A stretch of 64,000 nucleotides of DNA from Phyllobates terribilis. Its lineage: Eukaryota. This document shows positions 23,042-36,305 of this stretch, piece by piece. Position 1 is the first letter of the stretch, and each line of letters opens with the position of its first letter. The stretch lies in NCBI RefSeq assembly GCF_046119375.1, contig NW_027362769.1, forward strand, positions 368,962,001 to 369,026,000, given 5' to 3'. The notes beneath the pieces are model-generated. The model had not been told where the DNA came from, did not search any database, and was given only the letters and a program-made list of their open reading frames with translations. Both the position numbers and the translations under genes were made by a program.

Positions 23042-26000
23042 ATGGCGGTGTTACGGCAGCTGTGGCTTCTTCTATGGAAGAATTACATCTTACAGGTAAG
23101 GGCGTGGTATTAGCAGAGGGGGAGGGGTGTTTGGGATTTGGCAGATATATATGTATAGGACGGCTACCACAGTTAGGGGCTTTTATACTACGGAAACCCG
23201 CAAGGTCATATATGAGATGTACAGACCAACGCCTGCTCCTTTAAGAGTGTATTAAAGGGGTATTTCTATCCCAGAAAATTAGGGTAAATGTAAGTAATCG
23301 GTGGGCTCAGACCCCCATGAGTGCTGTAGTGGGGCCACCATAAAGGTGACCGGGAGTAGAGCTGAACATATGGTGGTCGGACCCCCACCCATTATAACCT
23401 GTAAAGCTTATTGCTTTTGTCTCCTCTCCCCATAGAAACGTCAGGTCCTGGTGACGGTGATCGAGCTGGCGCTGCCCCTACTGTTTTCTGTTATCCTTAT
23501 TGCATTGAGGCATAGGGTGGAGTCGGAGAATCACCCCAATGCTACGACGTACCCCAACGTGGACTTTCTCAGGTTGCCCGGAACTTTTTATATTATGGGA
23601 CCTTGGGAGCTGGCCTACGTCCCCTCCAATAGTCGCGTTGTGCAGGACATTGTGGGAGAAGTGGAGAAGAAGCTGGCTATTGATATCCAAGGTAAGGCAG
23701 CCTACTCTGGTGGTCCCATATATCCCGGGTAAGGCAGCCTATTCTGGTGGTCCCATATATCCCGGGTAAGGCAGCATACTCTGGGGGTCCCATATATCCC
23801 GGGTAAGGCAGCCTACTCTGGGGGTCCCATATATCCCGGGTAAGGCAGCCTACTCTGGGGGTCCCATATATCCCAGGTAAGGCTGCCTACTCTGGGGGTC
23901 CCATATATCTCGGGTAAGGCGGCCTACTCTGGGGGTCCCATATATCCCGGGTAAGGCGGCCTACTCTGGGGGTCCCATATATCCCGGGTAAGGCGGCCTA
24001 CTCTGGGGGTCCCATATATCCCGGGTAAGGCGGCCTACTCTGGGGGTCCCATATATCCCGGGTAAGGCGGCCTACTCTGGGGGTCCCATATATCCCGGGT
24101 AAGGCGGCCTACTCTGGGGGTCCCACATATCCCGGGTAAGGCGGCCTACTCTGGGGGTCCCATATATCCCGGGTAAGGTGGCCTACTCTGGGGGTCCCAC
24201 ACATCCCGGGTAAGGTGGCCTACTCTGGGGGTCCCACACATCCCGGGTAAGGCGGCCTACTCTGGGGGTCCCACACATCCCGGGTAAGGCGGCCTACTCT
24301 GGGGGTCCCACACATCCCGGGTAAGGCGGCCTACTCTGGGGGTCCCACACATCCCGGGTAAGGCGGCCTACTCTGGGGGTCCCACACATCCCGGGTAAGG
24401 CGGCCTACTCCGGTGCTCCCATGTATTTCCTTGCATGACTCTCTCCGTTGTCCTCAGCCCGGGGGTTTCATACAGAAGGAGATTTGGAGAAGTTCATTAG
24501 ACATGACAACCAGTCGGGCAACGTTCTGGCAGCCATCATCTTCGACCATACATTCAATAACAGCTCTGATCCATTACCCCTGCAGGTAATGACTGGGGCT
24601 CTGCTATCAGAAGCCTGGGCTACGTGGCGACATTAGTGCTGCAGGAATAACATCTCTTTCCTGGCATAGGTCCGCTACAAGCTGCGGTTTAAGTACAGCC
24701 CTCGCAACGCTCCCATCAGCGAGCAATCGGGACTTAACCCAAATGTGGATCGCAACTGGCACACCAGATACTTGTACCCGCTCTTCCAGCTTCCGGGGCC
24801 TCGTGAGCGGGGCGACCTTACCGGAGGCACCCCAGGTAATATTGGGCGTCACCCGCTTGTATGCCTGGTTTCCTGCACACATCATTCATTCTTTTTTTCA
24901 CCTTGCAGGATACTACAGAGAGTGCTTTCTGGCAGTGCAGCACCACGTGGACCGGGCGATCATTTACTACCATGCCAACAAAACCGGACAGGCCCTTCTG
25001 GATAACATCGATGTCTCTATCCGACGGTTTCCCTTTCCACCCTACGTCAACGACCTCTTCATCTTGGCGATCCAGAATCAGCTGCCTCTGCTCCTGATGC
25101 TCAGCTTCACCTACACCTCCCTGAGCATTGTGCGCGCTCTGGTCCTGGAGAAGGAGCGGAAGCTGAAGGTCAGGACCGGGTGGTGACGCGGCTCCTTCGA
25201 TCGGTGAACTGCATGAATTATATCCTATTGATTGGCCTACATGTGACATGTCTTACAGGAATACATGCGAGTGATGGGACTGAAGTCCTGGCTTCTCTCT
25301 ACTGCCTGGTTCATCCATTTTTTCATATTACTTTTGGTGTCCATCTTCTTCGTCACTTTACTTCTGTGCGTCCAGGTCAGTAATGCTCCTTCCTTCCAGG
25401 TTCATGCATTTTCGCTGCCATTTTGCATTTCTCCAATACATCTGTTAAAAAAGAATAAAATCTCTTTGCTGTTTTAAGTTTACAGCTCCAATGCAAACCT
25501 ATGTATCCCCATGACTGCAAGCCCTGTGTAGTTGCATCCTGCAGTCATCTGTTACTCTCCTCCATCTGTCTTTTTATTTTATTGTCGTAAAGTCAGGCAA
25601 TAGCATTGGTGAGGGGGAAGGGGCTCGGGTATGACTGTGGGGTCCGACTACAGTGGGTCCGCTTGTGCCCAGTAACCTTGGACGTTTTGCTGTGATCAAT
25701 ACGAAAGGGGATATTCCCACCAGACGTGATCACCTATTGCTAGGATATGCCGTCACTTTTTGATTGGTCCCTCCTGGACCCCCCCATATAAGTGCCACAG
25801 CTCTCACCGAGGACCTGTAATGCAGCCCTGTTCACCTGGACACGAAGTAAAAGGAGGTTTCTGCCCCTTCATTTAGGTGATCAGTGGGTTTAATCTGCAC
25901 AGTGATCAAGTGATTGCATATGGCCACTTCAAGGGCTGACAATGCCTCTTGACCACATTGTGATGCAGATCGAGCACCTCTGCTTTACTTGGCTCCTTGC

Positions 26001-29000
26001 CCGTCCTTAACAGACTTTCCTTATATTTTTGGGTGACTAACAAATTTTTTTTTCCCTTTTCTTCCAGGCCAGTAACGAGGGGGCAGTCCTCACTCGGAGT
26101 GACCCCACGGTGGTCTTTGTCTATCTTCTGGTTTTTGCCGTGTCTACCATCTCCTTCAGTTTTATGATCAGCAGCTTTTTCTCCCGAGGTAGGAATCCAT
26201 TCTCTCTCCATCCCTGGTTGCATCATCCTCTTTCCTCGGTATCACAGCGCTCCTCCGCCTCCTGGCTTCCTACTTGGCTGGGATGGGGCTGTGTGCTCCT
26301 GATGATTGACAGTTTTGACCAGCGACATCATTGCACTTCTGTCACCCCGGAGGACTGATGTTGGCCGGATCCAAAGCAGCTCTTGGTCCTTGCCTAAAAA
26401 ATTGGGCAACTCTGCTAGACTGCAAACTATAGAATTAAGAAATCCCTCCATTCTTGAGAATGGAAAGAATTTATAATAAAAGGTAAATTGCAAAGTTTTT
26501 TCCTTTAAAGATGATGAGAAAAGTGATCTTTTTTTCTTGCCTCCTACAGCGAATGTGGCAGCTGCAGCCGGTGGGTTCCTGTATTTCTTCTCCTACATCC
26601 CCTACTTCTTCATCTCCCCTCGATACGATCGGATAACTCATAGCGAGAAGCTCGCGTCTTGTCTTATTTCCAATGTGGGCATGGCCATGGGCGCCCAACT
26701 GATCGGGATGTTTGAAGGCAAAGGTCAGTGAGAACAGATCTGTCTTCTCCTTCATTCTTCGCCAAAGCCAACATCAAGGAGTCTTATGTCATCGCTTCGT
26801 CTTTAGGTACCGGAGCTCAGTGGTCAAATCTGCTGACCCCGGTCAGTGTGGATGATAACTTCACCCTGGGCCAAGTGATGGGAATGCTGCTGCTGGACTC
26901 GGTGGTGTACTCCATCATTGGGTGGTATGTGGAGAGTATCATGCCGGGAGACTACGGAGTCCCTCAACCTTGGTACTTTTGCTTTATGGTAAGAAGCCAT
27001 TTTTTTTTCAAATTTAAGCTATAGTTTCCCAAACTTTTAAAGTGGACCGTCACTTCCCATAAACTTTAAACATGTCGGAAGTTTTGATCAATGGCTTTTC
27101 TGGGTACTAAGACACCCATTGATCACTAAATCGAAGCCCTCCACTGTCCCTCCATCTGTGATTGACTCAATCGAGTACATGCACTCTTTTATTAAAGGGG
27201 TTGTTTCCTGTCCATGAGTTGCCGCAGGTATCGCAGCTCAGTTCTGTCAAAACAAATGAGGCTGAGCTGCAATAATCGCACACAACCTATGGACAGGTGT
27301 TTAAAGTAACTATGTTTTTCTAATCCTGGACAACCCCTTTAAGTCTTAGAGTCCATATTCTCGCCACCTTGAAAAAAGGAGATTATAGGTGAATGGGCAA
27401 AGCGCTCGTCGTGTCAACAAACATGGAGGTCTTAGCTCTCGGACCCCTAATGATCAAAACTTCTGACACATCAGTATATTTTGAGGTCTAATATTAAAGC
27501 GTGAATAGAAACAAAAGTACTCTAAATGATTAACTGTGATCAGATCTCCTCTATCTATATTGCTTAAAGCAATCAAAACTGACAATCCTTCCTCTGGGCG
27601 TCTTTGCAGCCTTCTTATTGGTGTGGGACTGCCAGAGATGCCGAATTCATAGAGAAGGAGGATGATGAGGATCCTGAGAAAGCCTTAAGAGGGGATTACT
27701 TGGAAGAAGAACCTGCAGACCTGATTCCGGGTATTCGAATTAAACATTTAACAAAGGTGAAGTTCTACACCACGTCCACTAGATGTCACTCTGTCACTAC
27801 TCATTCTAGATATGATTCCCTTTCCCTTCTTAAAGGGGCATTCTCCTAATGAACACATATATACAAGTGATAATGGGAAGCTCCCAATTGAATGGAGCGG
27901 TGGTCAGTCATACATACAACATGCATACTTTGATTCTGGAAACACCCCTTTAAATTCTGACGTTCTTATGTGCTAGCATCTCATTCTGCACCTCCGCTTT
28001 ATACAATTCATGCGCATTACGAGCTGTCCATGTCTGTTAATATTAATTAGGAGATTCTATTACAATCGCTGATTATGATCATTTTGCTCTTTTTATTTTC
28101 CAGGCTTTCCGCGTGAACGGTAAGAGGCGCGTCGCTGTGCGGGATCTCACCCTTAACATGTATGAAGGACAAATTACGGTACTGTTGGGACACAACGGAG
28201 CCGGGAAGAGCACTACTTTATCTATGCTGACAGGTGCGTGATCTCCTACACCCATGGGGGGCTTCTTTTAGAAAACATTGACCCCGACCATTAAAACCCT
28301 TCATTGTACCAATAAACGTCATTGCAGAATTGTGCACCAAGGAGTAAGGTTTCTCCTTATGGAGAGTGACATGCCAGTATGAGGAGGCTTATACACCATT
28401 CATGCTCCTCTAGGAAATTAAATATGCTAATTGTCTCTTCAGAGAGGAAGACGACTTGAACTCTATAGCGCCACCTATTGGAAGTAGCAATACTAAAAGT
28501 CAATATTGACCCAATAACGAGTCTTGAAATATGACTTGGGATAAAAGCCAAAATCAGAATCTTAATTTGCAGACAGCGTTTCGGTGTGTTGTCCCTCATC
28601 AGTGCAAAGTATGAGATCTGATTTGGCTAGGTGATTTATTTTATTTATTTATTTTTTAGGTGAGAGGCTAAGCCAAATCAGATCTCATACTTTGCACTGA
28701 TGAGGGGCAAAACCCCGAAACACCGTTGAGATTTAGATTCTGATTTGGCTTTTATCCTAAGTCTTATTACAAGGCTCGGTCAATATTAACTTATAGGATT
28801 GCTACTTTCAATAGGTGGCGCTATAGAGTTCTAGTCCCCTTCCTCTCTGAAGAGACAATCAGCATTGTGCACGACATACATTTGACCATCCATTTAAATC
28901 TGCGTTTTTGTTTTTTTTTTCTTTTTGTGTTTTTTAGGCCTTTTTCCCCCCTCATCTGGCGAATGTTACATCGGAGGGTATGAAATCTCTCGAGACACCG

Positions 29001-32000
29001 CTCTAATCAGACGCAATCTGGGGCTTTGCCCTCAGCATGATGTCTTATTCCAGGGTCTCACCGTGGAGGAGCACTTGTATTTTTACGCAGCTGTAAGGGT
29101 CTCATGCACTAATAATCCATCAGTGTAAGTCAGTATATAGTCATTGTACCCAACCGTCATGTCTGTGTTTTAGCTGAAAGGCTGCCCCCGTTGGCGCTGC
29201 CCGGATGAGGTGGAAAAGATTTTGCAAATATTAAGAATTGAAGAGAAACGTAAAGCTTTGAGCACTCAGCTGTCGGGGGGCACCTGCCGGAAGCTGTCTA
29301 TAGGGATTGCCTTGATAGGGGGGTCTAAGGTAATAACAGATCGCCATGTACGCAGCTAACAGATGCCATCTTGTAAGGTGCTTTATCTGCAAACCCTGCG
29401 ATCGTTGCAGGTCGTTATGCTGGATGAACCGACTTCTGGAATGGACCCGGCCTCTCGCAGGGACACGTGGGAGCTTTTAAGGCAGCACAAACACGACCGG
29501 ACCCTCCTCCTCACCACGCATTTTATGGACGAAGCCGATATCCTTGGAGATCGAGTCGCCATCCTTGCCCAAGGGCAGCTGCAATGCTGCGGGTCTCCTC
29601 TCTTCCTCAAGAGCAAATATGGTGAGCGAGGGGGCCACATCAGAGACCGATTGTTGTGGAGGGCCGAACCAGTAGACTGAAATTCTGCACAATATTATTC
29701 AGTATGAGCCCCCACAAACCACCCCCTATATACAGGATGAGCCTGCACACAGCACCCCCTATATACAGGATGAGCCAGCACACAGCACCCCCTATATACA
29801 GGATGAGCCCCCACATAGCCTCTCTATATTCAGTATAATCCTCCTATATACAGGATGAGCCCCCACACAGCACCCTCTATACGCAGGATGAGCTCCCGCA
29901 CAGCACCCTCTATACGCAGGGTGAGCTCCCGCACAGCACCCTCTATACGCAGGGTGAGCTCCCGCACAGCACCCTCTATACGCAGGGTGAGCTCCCGCAC
30001 AGCACCCTCTATACGCAGGGTGAGCTCCCGCACAGCACCCTCTATACGCAGGGTGAGCTCCCGCACAGCACCCTCTATACGCAGGGTGAGCTCCCGCACA
30101 GCACCCTCTATACGCAGGGTGAGCTCCCGCACAGCACCCCATATATACAGGCACACATCCCACACACACATAAAAACACGCACTCCCCTTTGCTCCCGTC
30201 CCCCCGGCGCTCTGCTCCGGTCCTTGCTGTGTGCACTGAGGCTCCGCACAGCAGACGCAGTGTAGTGACATCATCGTGTCCGTTGTCTCGGTCGCACACG
30301 CTGATTGGTGGAAGGAGCCGGCAGCTCCGTCCTCCACCATTATATTCACTGCTACCTGCAGCCTGAGGGCAGCCGCACTGTGCGGCCCGTGAGCCGATGT
30401 TTTCTGCCCTTCGGCTGTCTCGGTCCGTGGGCTGGGCCGGAGTAGCCACTATACCACTACACCAATAAACCCGGTTTTATGTATTCCTAGTAACTAGCCT
30501 GTCTTATTCTAGCACTAGAAATATGTTGCCCATCCTACGTTTTGGTGCCATCGTTCTGCAGGTGCCGGGTACCATATGGTGATGGTGAAGCAGCCGCATT
30601 GCCAGGTGGAAGAAATCACAGACCTCGTCACCAGCTATGTGCCCCATGCCACCTTGGAGAGTAATGCTGGGGCAGAATTGTCTTACATCTTGCCCAAGGA
30701 GAGCACTCACAGGTGAGAGTCACGTCAATGATGATATTTGGGCATGTGCCATACCCAGGTGCACAGACAGAACTTTTTGAATTTGGATAATGCTGGCTTT
30801 ACACCTGCGTGAAGCATGGAGTGGACACTGGGGCACTGATCAGGAAACCCAGCCCGTCCATCTGCCCTGGCCGGGTCTTCCGATTCGAGTATGGCTGTGT
30901 GAATCCGGCTTTATATTGATCCTCTACACACCCGTCTTTTTTAGGTTTGAGCCGCTGTTCTCGGAGCTGGAGCTTCGCCGCGATGAGTTGGGCATTGCCA
31001 GTTATGGAGCATCGGTCACCACTATGGAGGAAGTATTTCTAAGGTAAGGGCCCCCCCATGGTTTGATGGCTTTCCATATATCTTGTAGGATATCTGATCC
31101 TCCTTGTTGTACATTATAGGGTGGGGAAGTTAGTAGACAGCAGCCTGGACATACAGGCCATACAGCTGCCCGCTCTGCAGTATCAGCACGAAAGACGGGC
31201 AAACGACTGGTCTACGGAGGAGTCCTGCTCCATGAGCGACTGCACGGAGGACAGCGGGACCCTGATCACAGAGGATTGCTCCAATATCAAGCTTAATGGA
31301 GGGGTGAGCTGAAGCGGGGGCAGTGGTAGACGGCATTGCTTACTGGGGGGCTTTCAGTGTACGGAGGCGACATGCTTCATGCAAAGCACGTAGGAGCCTG
31401 ACTGCAGGATCTGACTACACAGGGGTTTGTTTGTAGTCTGTTACCACGGAGACACATACAACGTGCAGATCTTTTTTATCATTCTAACAAAGTTTTGCAA
31501 TCAGTTTTTATTTAATATTTATAAAAACTGATTGCAAAATTGCGTTAAAACATTAAAAAAAAAAAAGTTGCAAGGGAAATTTTCTCTGCGTACAGTAGGA
31601 GATATTTGTTTCCTCTAGTCGTGGAGGAGCTGATCAACTTTTCTTTAATATTTCTATGAAGTGAATGCGTTATATGTGTACCTTACGCCTTCGTTCCTTC
31701 TCCCCTCCCAGTGTTCCCTCTGGTGCCAGCAGTTTTACGCCCTTTTTGTAAAGCGAGCTTCGTACAGCTGGAGGAACTGGAAGATTGTTGTGGGTCAGTT
31801 CTTGGTCCCTTTGGTCTTCACCACTTTGGCCCTGATTGTAGGAAACACCTTCCCTGGACCACAGGACTCTCCACCGCTGCAGCTGAGCTTGGCACCTTAT
31901 GGGCGCACAGCGGTCCCCTACTCCCTGCCACCCAATGCCTCCGTCCTGCTGCAGACCCTGGCAGAGAACTTCAGGGAGCAGCTGGATGAGGACTATGTCG

Positions 32001-35000
32001 AGCCCCAGGAAGTGATCGGTAAGTCCTAGTCCACCCCTAGAGAAGAGGGCGACTTAAATGATCCGTCCCTTTTAAGTAGTATACCTCGGCTATGGAAGGC
32101 TGTGACCTTGTGGGACGCCGGAGCTGCCATGTGTCAGTTATATTTTTGCTTTGTCCTCAGGTGACCTTGATGATTATCTTCTGGCAAAGGCGACCGACGA
32201 AGGCGCCCTGTTTGCTGAGCACTGCCTGTGCGCTGCTGAGATCCTACGCTTTGGCTCGCGATACAATGTCACTGCCCGATTCAATAACCAGGCGTACCAC
32301 GCGGTGGCTGTGGCGTTGGCACTGGCCGATAACACCCTGCTCAGATTGGTGGCTGGCGCCAACGCTTCTATTTCAGTAACCAACCACCCTCTGCCACGTA
32401 ACACCACTGAGACTGCGCGGGACCAGCTTCTCGAGTAAGCATGAGACATATAAGCCCTTCATATACATTTCACACCTTTCCTTCTCCTTGGATCCACAGC
32501 TATATTGCTAATATTGTGCAAAAGTCATTTAACGTCTTCTACGTGTGAAATACTGCACAAAGGGCCACCTTGCTACTGCAAATATTTAATGCATGCAGTC
32601 ACCACTAGAGGGAGCTAAGTACCTATGCAAATATACAAGAGGTGTATAAATCTGCATGCAAGAGCTCCCCCTAGTGGTACTGTAGCGGTGCTGCCCTTGT
32701 TAAGAGTTGTGGATCTGTATGAGAACGTACTATTCTATAATATACTTTGTGCTGGGATTCATAAACACTTTTGTTTTCTGCAGGGGTCAGACGGGTTTCG
32801 CCATCGCCATTAATCTTCTATACGGGATGGCGTCTTTGGCTAGCACCTTCTCCCTGTTGCTGGTCGGGGAGAGGGCGGTGAAGTCCAAGCACGTGCAGTT
32901 TGTGAGCGGAGCGTCGTCCTTCAGTTACTGGCTGTCCGCACTGACCTGGGATCTGCTGAACTTCCTAATCCCGTGTGCCCTCATGCTGGTAAGCGACCCC
33001 TGTATTGTGCATTTTACTATATCCGGTGCTGGATCGGAGATGAAGCTGATGAGACGGCGAAACGTCAGATGTCTATAACCTCTGCCCGCATTCTACTTGC
33101 AGGTGGTGTTCCAGGCCTTTGGGGTGCGCGCGTATACAGATAGTCACCATCTTGTGGACGTGATGCTGATGCTCCTCCTGTACGGCTGGGCCGTCATCCC
33201 TCTTATGTACTTGTTCAGCTTTCTGTTCACCTCCACTGCCACCGCATACACCCGGCTCACCATATTCAACATCCTATCGGGCACGGCCTCCTTCTTGTCG
33301 GTCACCATCATGAGCATCCCAGGTAAGAGAGCTGTCCTAGCTGCACAACACTCGCCTATATCTACCCCTAAATTGCCCATTCTTGCCGTAAAGGAGGCCA
33401 ATTTTTTGGCTGTCTGGGGAAAAGAAGTGTTTATCGGCGACGGTGGTCCGACTTCTGGGACCCGCACCAAAAGCCAGAAAGGGCACTTTTATCCCTGTTA
33501 GAATGGAGCCCGACCGCCACTCCACTTTTTCCCTATGGGGCTGATGAGTGCTGCGTTCCACTTTTTGGACAGCGCTATAGAGAATGAATGAAGTGGCGGT
33601 CAGGGGTCCAACCTGTTAGGCCGAGCCGGGGGTCCCGCGTTATATGGCGGCGGGTAGGCTGAGCCGGGGGTCCCGCGTTATATGGCGGCGGGTAGGCTGA
33701 GCCGGGGGTCCCGCGTTATATGGCGGCGGGTAGGCTGAGCCGGGGGTCCCGCGTTATATGGCGGCGGGTAGGCTGAGCCGGGGGTCCCGCGTTATATGGC
33801 GGCGGGTAGGCTGAGCCGGGGGTCCCGCGTTATATGGCGGCGGGTAGGCTGAGCCGGGGGTCCCGCGTTATATGGCGGCGGGTAGGCTGAGCCGGGGGTC
33901 CCGCGTTATATGGCGGCGGGTAGGCTGAGCCGGGGGTCCCGCGTTATATGGCAGCGGGTAGGCTGAGCCGGGGGTCCCGCATTATGTGAGGGCGTTGACT
34001 TTTTTTGTGCTTTCTTACATCTGTATTTTCCACAGCCCTCGACCTGGTGGACCTATCTCACACCCTGGATCTCGTATTTTTGGTGCTCCCCAATTATTGC
34101 ATGGGCCGATCATTCAGCGACTTCTACCAAAACTACCATTTCCTGGAATTCTGCACTTCATTTACCCCGATATCTGAACTCGCCTGCAAGAAACTGAGTG
34201 AGTGACCTGCAAAAGCCCAGAGTCCTGTACGATCGGCGTCAGGCCTGACCCCAGCTGGCCGCCATGTACGGCTCTTGTCTGGGAAGAGGCTTTTTAATGC
34301 ACAACTTCATCTATTAAGTTTTAACTTGTCATTATATTATTCTCACATTAAAGGGTTTTTTTTGGCATCGTCCACTTCTTCATCTGGAGGTGACCACTGG
34401 TGTTATGTCTGCCGACATCTGCCAGAACGCATGCACAGTCGGCGGCTGGGTGGTCCTGTCCTAGTCATTAGAATATGACACGTGCCCACACCTCTCAATC
34501 ATGCCCGCTTTATGGCATTCATCCCTTTGCCTTGTGGTGGTATTACTACAATGACATCACAGCCATCATTCATGTGACCGCTCCACTCAATCATGGCTCT
34601 TAGCCTAATTTAGAAAAGTCTTGGCCAAATCTNNNNNNNNNNNNNNNNNNNNNNNNNNNNNNNNNNNNNNNNNNNNNNNNNNNNNNNNNNNNNNNNNNNN
34701 NNNNNNNNNNNNNNNNNNNNNNNNNNNNNNNNNNNNNNNNNNNNNNNNNNNNNNNNNNNNNNNNNNGTTTTCTTTTTATTTTTTTACATATTAATATACA
34801 TATTTTTACCCCTTTTACATATTAATATAAATTAAAAAAATTAACCTAAAAAAAATATTTTTTTTAATATTTGTTATTATTTATTTATTTTTTTTACAAT
34901 TTTGTCCAGCATAGAAAATTATGAAACTTTGTAGATCACTTTATTATGGAATTTGTCTTCACTCCTGTAAAAAAAAAAAAAAAAATGCATGTAAGCAGCT

Positions 35001-36266
35001 TCCAAATCCTTAGGAGTACTGATGCTGGCAGTGAAAGAGTCAGCACCGACGTCTTCCTCGAAGTTAGATCTAACTATACATATGTATCCCTGAGGAGGAG
35101 GACATAATGACACCAGGATTGTTGGGGAAGTAAATCCATTAGAATATACGATACCGGGGGCAGTGAGGGTCCGCCAGAGACTGTTCTTATAAGGGGAGGA
35201 CACAGGTGCTGATTCTTTCACTGCCAGCATCTGTACTCCTAAGTGAGTATGTTTTGATATCAGTGCAGCTGAAGGCAGACTGGAGAAAATCCGAGGTTTG
35301 GAAGCCATCTGCATGTATTTTTTGTACAGAAATTAAGGCAAATCCCATAATAAAGTGATTTGCAAAATTTCATAACTTTTCCTGATGGACAAAATTGTTT
35401 AAAAAAAAGTTTGACAGTTTAGTTACTCTTTTTATTGTAAGGCATGTTATGGCACTTGGCTTTGGCATTGCTTCTGTGTTCTGCAGGGGTATCTGGTGAG
35501 ACGGACATGCCAGCTCACTCTGAATGTTGGCGCTCATATACTTCAGCTTTCCGGTGACATTTACCTTTACTTTTCCTTTCCAGATATCACCTATCAGACC
35601 AACTATTACTCTTTCTCCTATCCGGGAGTGGGACGCTACTTGACCTCTATGGCCGTTCAGGGCTTCACCTTCCTTTGTCTTCTCTTCATTATTGAGAGCC
35701 AGGTCCTCTGCCAGCTTTGCCGATTCAGGCGTCGTCGCTGGGTACGGATTTTAGGCAGGGTTTGGAGGTCATAAATTGGGGCTGAGCCTCTGACATTTCT
35801 TGTATTTGCTGATCCTTTGCTTCTTGTCTTCATCTTTGCAGTTTTCGCTCCCAGAGTCTCCTGTGACTCCCTCAGAGGACCGGGATGTGGCCGACGAGAG
35901 GAAGAAGGTGTTGGAGTCTCCGGTGGAGCAGGCTTCGACACTCAGCAGCCCCCTAGTTATCCGAGAACTTAGCAAGGTCCGTTCTGGTGATTGTAACTTA
36001 GGTCATGAAAGTATATGAGACAGGGTCCCAATGTTATATACAAAGGGGCCAAAATAACAACGCACTGACTTATCTCTATGGAGAGCGATGCCAACTGTAA
36101 AGCTGGAAACGGGTAGTTGGGGCGGGGAGGTGGGTTATAATTGGGGTTGTCACGTCTCCTCCTATTTTATGACTAATCTAGATGAGAATATTAGATCCAC
36201 TGAGTTTTAAGCACCCAGTGGCGTAACTAGAGTCTGATGGGCCCCAGGGCAAGATTTTATATATGC

Positions 36267-36305
<39 letters not shown>

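Noticed and set aside
29792-30349. ORFs with 11-aa repeats ([11 protein letters not shown] and similar)
   Set aside because: Translations of the 33-bp intronic minisatellite.
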